DNA of 63,977 bases, counting the filler, from Sandaracinaceae bacterium (GTDB taxonomy: Bacteria > Myxococcota_A > Polyangia > Polyangiales > JADJQN01), in NCBI GenBank assembly GCA_947483975.1. It is 13 parts of 13 records of this genome, joined end to end, with 100 filler letters (N's around TTAATTAATTAA, not from the genome) between each part and the next. Parts side by side here need not be neighbours in the genome. Positions count along the whole stretch, not along the records: positions 59,627 to 63,977 come from CANKOL010000421.1; 12 more parts are not named here. The stretch is one strand, 5' to 3'. The notes beneath the pieces are model-generated. The model saw only the letters and a program-made list of their open reading frames with translations. It ran no database searches and was not told the origin of the DNA. Of the stretch, positions 60,560-63,977 are shown in pieces (the first letter of the stretch is position 1; the number at the start of each line of letters is the position of its first letter). The position numbers were made by a program, and so were the translations under genes.

Positions 60560-61905
60560 GGCGAGCCAGACGTCAGCGCGCCGAGCGTCACGACGCCGGC
60601 GTCCACGTCGCCCTCGCAGCCACGCCCGTCGAGCGCGGGGATCACGATGCGCACCCGCCGCACGCCGAGGTTCGAGCGCCCGTCGCCGCGGAACTGCACG
60701 TCGAGCAGGAATTCCTGCGGCTCCGTCGTCGGGCGCACGACGCCCGTGCGCACCCGCAGCTGAAAGATCACCTGCGTGCCCGCGCGCACCGCGAGGAAGC
60801 TGTTGCTGACGGGGTCGATGCCGCCGATGCCGTCCATCGGCTCCGCGCGCAGCGGCACGATCGCGTCGACGAGCGTGCGCACATCGAAGCCGTCGTCCGG
60901 CGTCGGATCGAGCGGCACCGCGTCGATGTCGAGCACGATGCCATCGGCGAAGTCCTGCATCGCCTCGACGACGCGCGAGTCGAGGCGCTCGCCGCTGCCG
61001 CCGATGTCGAAGACGAGCGGCGAGCCATCGCGGCGCGTCGCCTCGGTGTCGAGCGCGACCTGTCGCAGGTCCGCGATGCCCTCTTCCGTGCCGCCGGACC
61101 AGAAGCCGATCACGCGAATCCCGTTGTCGCGGAGCGCCGTGACCGCTTGAGGGTAGGTCGCGGGCACCGTGCCCGGGAGGTCAGCGCTCGGCAGATACGG
61201 CCAGGTATCGGCCGGACCGTTGTGAAACGCGGCGTCCGTGAAGAGGAAGATCACCGGCAGCGCGTCGTCGCGGAAGCACGGATAGCCGAAGCCGCCGCGC
61301 GGACAGCCGAGCGACGCGGGCACCCACGTCACCTCGCGCCCGAGTCCGTCGACGCCGAAGCGTCCGTCCCCCGTCGCCGCCTGATAGAGCGCCTCGACCT
61401 GCGCCTCCTGCGTGTCGTTGCCGTTGCCGAGCGTCACATCGCCCATCGCCGACTGCACGCGAGAGAGGTCGGGAGACATCGGCAGAAACAGCGTGAACGG
61501 CACATCGCCGTCGCCGCCGAACGAGCCCGCGGCGAAGTCGGCGAGGGTCGCGACGCCGAACTGCGTGTCCGGCACCTGCGCGTAAATCGCGGGCGCGAGC
61601 CGGTCCCGCAGTCGCTCACGGATCTGCACGAGCTCGTCGCCCATCGAGCCGGTGACGTCGATCAGGAAGAGCACGTCCGCGCGCTCGAGGCGCGCCTCGG
61701 TCGAGAGCGGGAGCTCGATCGGCGGCCCGGCGTCGAGGTCCGTCGGGATCTCGATGCAAGGCAGCGCCGCATCGACGCCGAGATCCGGCCCGCCGTCGGG
61801 CACCTCGAGCCCCGTCTTCGCGCCGCAGCCAGCGACGAACGCCGCCGCGAGCAGCAGCGCGGCGAGGCGACGAGCGTCGAGACGGGTGCGCGCAGAGAGG
61901 GTCAT
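60556..61905 (-). CDS. vWA/MIDAS-domain lipoprotein, paralogue 1
   Basis: VAGC-GAKTGL; DVLFLIDVTGSM; EAQVEALYQ; LFTDA. Confidence 0.85.
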   Translation of the reverse strand: MTLSARTRLDARRLAALLLAAAFVAGCGAKTGLEVPDGGPDLGVDAALPCIEIPTDLDAGPPIELPLSTEARLERADVLFLIDVTGSMGDELVQIRERLRDRLAPAIYAQVPDTQFGVATLADFAAGSFGGDGDVPFTLFLPMSPDLSRVQSAMGDVTLGNGNDTQEAQVEALYQAATGDGRFGVDGLGREVTWVPASLGCPRGGFGYPCFRDDALPVIFLFTDAAFHNGPADTWPYLPSADLPGTVPATYPQAVTALRDNGIRVIGFWSGGTEEGIADLRQVALDTEATRRDGSPLVFDIGGSGERLDSRVVEAMQDFADGIVLDIDAVPLDPTPDDGFDVRTLVDAIVPLRAEPMDGIGGIDPVSNSFLAVRAGTQVIFQLRVRTGVVRPTTEPQEFLLDVQFRGDGRSNLGVRRVRIVIPALDGRGCEGDVDAGVVTLGALTSGSP

Positions 61906-62082
61906 GGGAAGCAGTCGGTGGAGCCCCTCGCGCGCGACAGAAACTGCGCGCGATGAACAGAAGTTAGCACGGGGCCCGCGCGGCTCCGAAGCCGCAGCCC
62001 CGCGCAGAGGTCGTCCCGGCGCGCACGCTCGCCGTCCGGTCGGCCCGGCCTTCGACGGACATCCCGCTCGAGCAGCGCGCCC

Positions 62083-63117
62083 TCAGCCCCGCGAAGCGCG
62101 CCGCCTCGCCGCGAGCGCGCGGGCGTGATCGCGGGTGTGGAGCGCGGCGTAGTCGATGACGGGGAGCTCCATCGGCGCAGGCTCGGCGAAGCCCGGCAGC
62201 ACGCCCGGGAGCCGCTCGAGCAAGGTGCGCAGCACGGGCGTCGCGGACGCGAAGCGCGCGGCCTCCAAGCGGGCCCCCGCCTCGAGCAGCAGCGTGCCGG
62301 CGCGCGGCCCCGCGTAGCCACGGCGCACGACGTCCTCGTAGCTCGCGAGGAGCGCGTCGGCCGTGAAGGCGTGCGAGACGACGAGCTCGGCGGCGACGCG
62401 GAGCGCCGCGTCTGCCCCGATCGCGCCCTGCTCGAGCAGCACCAGCGCGGGCTGGAAGTAGTTGTAGAACGGGCACACGCGGGGCCCGAGCTCGGCGAAG
62501 GCGTCGGGCGACGACATCCGGTCGAGGTGGATGAAGATGCGCCGCACGCAGTCGCGCCGCGGCAGATCGGCGGCCATGCGCAGGAGGCGCGGCAGCGCGT
62601 CGGGGTAGACGCGCGCGCGCTCGAGCACGGCGTGCAGCATGTCGTTGCCGATGCGCCCGGCGCAGAGGTCGGCGTAGAGCGAGTAGATGAACGCGTCGGC
62701 CTCCGCGTCGTCCCCGAAGCAGACCTCGTCGAACTCGCCCGTCCCCGACGCGCGCGACGCGAGCAGCGCCGCGAGCTTGTAGCCGACCTGATCGCGCAAG
62801 AAGCGGAACTTGCCGCGCAGGAGCATCGCGACGCTCGGCTTCAGCGTGAACGAGTCCCACTGGATCCCGTCGAGGCGCAGCTTCGCCTCGAGGACCTTGC
62901 GCATCTGCTCCGGGCTGCCCGAGAGGATGAAGATGCCGCCCGGCTTGGTCGCGCGCAGCTCCCGCAGGAGCGCGCCCGCGCCGGGGACCGTCTGCTTCTC
63001 GGCGGCGGGCTCGAACGCCGTGCGGATCAGGTCCCGCACGGTGTCGAACTCCGTGCGCAAGTAGGTCTTGTCGAGGTCCCAGCGGTAGAGCAGCCGGCGC
63101 TGATCGTCGGTCGTCAC
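62083..63117 (-). CDS. HAD-like phosphatase (App1/DUF2183-like)
   Basis: WDLDKT (DxD), ILSGSP, GYK and FGDDAE.D motifs. Confidence 0.75.
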   Translation of the reverse strand: MTTDDQRRLLYRWDLDKTYLRTEFDTVRDLIRTAFEPAAEKQTVPGAGALLRELRATKPGGIFILSGSPEQMRKVLEAKLRLDGIQWDSFTLKPSVAMLLRGKFRFLRDQVGYKLAALLASRASGTGEFDEVCFGDDAEADAFIYSLYADLCAGRIGNDMLHAVLERARVYPDALPRLLRMAADLPRRDCVRRIFIHLDRMSSPDAFAELGPRVCPFYNYFQPALVLLEQGAIGADAALRVAAELVVSHAFTADALLASYEDVVRRGYAGPRAGTLLLEAGARLEAARFASATPVLRTLLERLPGVLPGFAEPAPMELPVIDYAALHTRDHARALAARRRASRG

Positions 63118-63180
63118 GCGAGGCGGAGCGTAGCAGGCGACGGCCACCAGGCGCGCATCCTCTGCTAGGCTCGCGTCCCC

Positions 63181-63870
63181 ATGCAGTCCGTCCCACCTCC
63201 GCGCGTCGATGTGTTGGTCGTCGCCGCTCACGCCCCCGAGCTCGTCGGGCTGCGCCCGATGCTCACCGACAAGCTCGACGGCACGATCCGCGGGCTCCGC
63301 GTCGTCGGCAAGACGCTCGGCATCGGGCTGCCCGTCGCGGGCAGCGGCATGGCGAACCGCCTCACGCAGCTGGCGCCGCGCTGCGTGATCTTGCTCGGCA
63401 GCTGCGGCGTCTACGCGGGCGTCGCCGACTACCGCCCGAACGACGTGCTCGTCGCGAGCCGCATCGTGCTCTTCGATCACGCCGTCGCGGCGGGGCGCGC
63501 GGCGTTCCCCGACCCGATGACGACGACGGTCGACACGCACGCGCTCTTGACGGCGGGGCTCGGCACCGGGCCGCGCACGCGCGTCGCGCAGGTCGCGACG
63601 ACGCTGTCGATCACGACCGACGACGCGCTCGCGAGCACCGTGCATCGCGCGTCGGGCTGCGAGGGCGAGAACCTCGAGGCGTTCGCCGTCGCGCTCGCGT
63701 GTCACGCGGCGACCGTGCCCTTCGCGGCGGTGCTCGGCGTCACCAACGTCGTCGGCTCACGCGGGCGCGAAGACTGGCGCACCTACCAGCGCTCCGCGGC
63801 GAGCACCGCGGCGGACTGCGTCGTCGCGTGGATGCAGCAGGGCGCGCAGGGCCTGCCGCACGGCGGCTGA
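63181..63870 (+). CDS. Nucleoside phosphorylase-fold protein (futalosine hydrolase MqnB-like)
   Basis: GIG, LLGSCG.Y, ENLEAFAVA.AC and GVTN.VG. Confidence 0.7.
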   Translation: MQSVPPPRVDVLVVAAHAPELVGLRPMLTDKLDGTIRGLRVVGKTLGIGLPVAGSGMANRLTQLAPRCVILLGSCGVYAGVADYRPNDVLVASRIVLFDHAVAAGRAAFPDPMTTTVDTHALLTAGLGTGPRTRVAQVATTLSITTDDALASTVHRASGCEGENLEAFAVALACHAATVPFAAVLGVTNVVGSRGREDWRTYQRSAASTAADCVVAWMQQGAQGLPHGG

Positions 63871-63977
63871 GGATGCGGCTCCGTACGCCTGCGCTCACGA
63901 CCGGGCGGCTCACTGCCGCGCGGCTCACTGCCGCACGACTCACGGCGGCGCTGCTCGCGCTCCTCGCTCCGACGACG

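Overview
This is not one locus. The window holds 13 short (~4.4-5 kb), size-sorted contigs joined by artificial 100-bp linkers (N44-TTAATTAATTAA-N44), so gene neighbourhood is only meaningful within a contig. The DNA is very GC-rich. Gene content (Pkn-type Ser/Thr kinases, an MXAN_5187-type domain, Cys-rich and DAG-repeat lipoproteins, S12 with a C-terminal insertion) points to a myxobacterium, probably Polyangia/Sandaracinaceae-like (inference). Housekeeping blocks: rimP-nusA-ylxR/L7Ae-infB, rpsL-rpsG-tuf (no fusA between them), def-fmt-pduO, rseP-rsmB, gluQ, gloB, lolA, malQ and a class II photolyase. The most interesting signals are non-coding. (1) A candidate ~390-nt sigma54-driven RNA at 56664-57050 with a structured 5' end, a pyrimidine-rich core with 7 CUUCG motifs and a branched terminator. 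(2) A 6S-like RNA at 26421-26593 with its own sigma70 promoter, unusual geometry and an adjacent 32-bp double-hairpin tandem repeat. (3) An attenuator-like leader in place of fusA, upstream of an EF-Tu with a non-canonical effector loop. No CRISPR array, tRNA, rRNA or transposase was found. All family assignments are from motif recognition by eye; no database searches were run.
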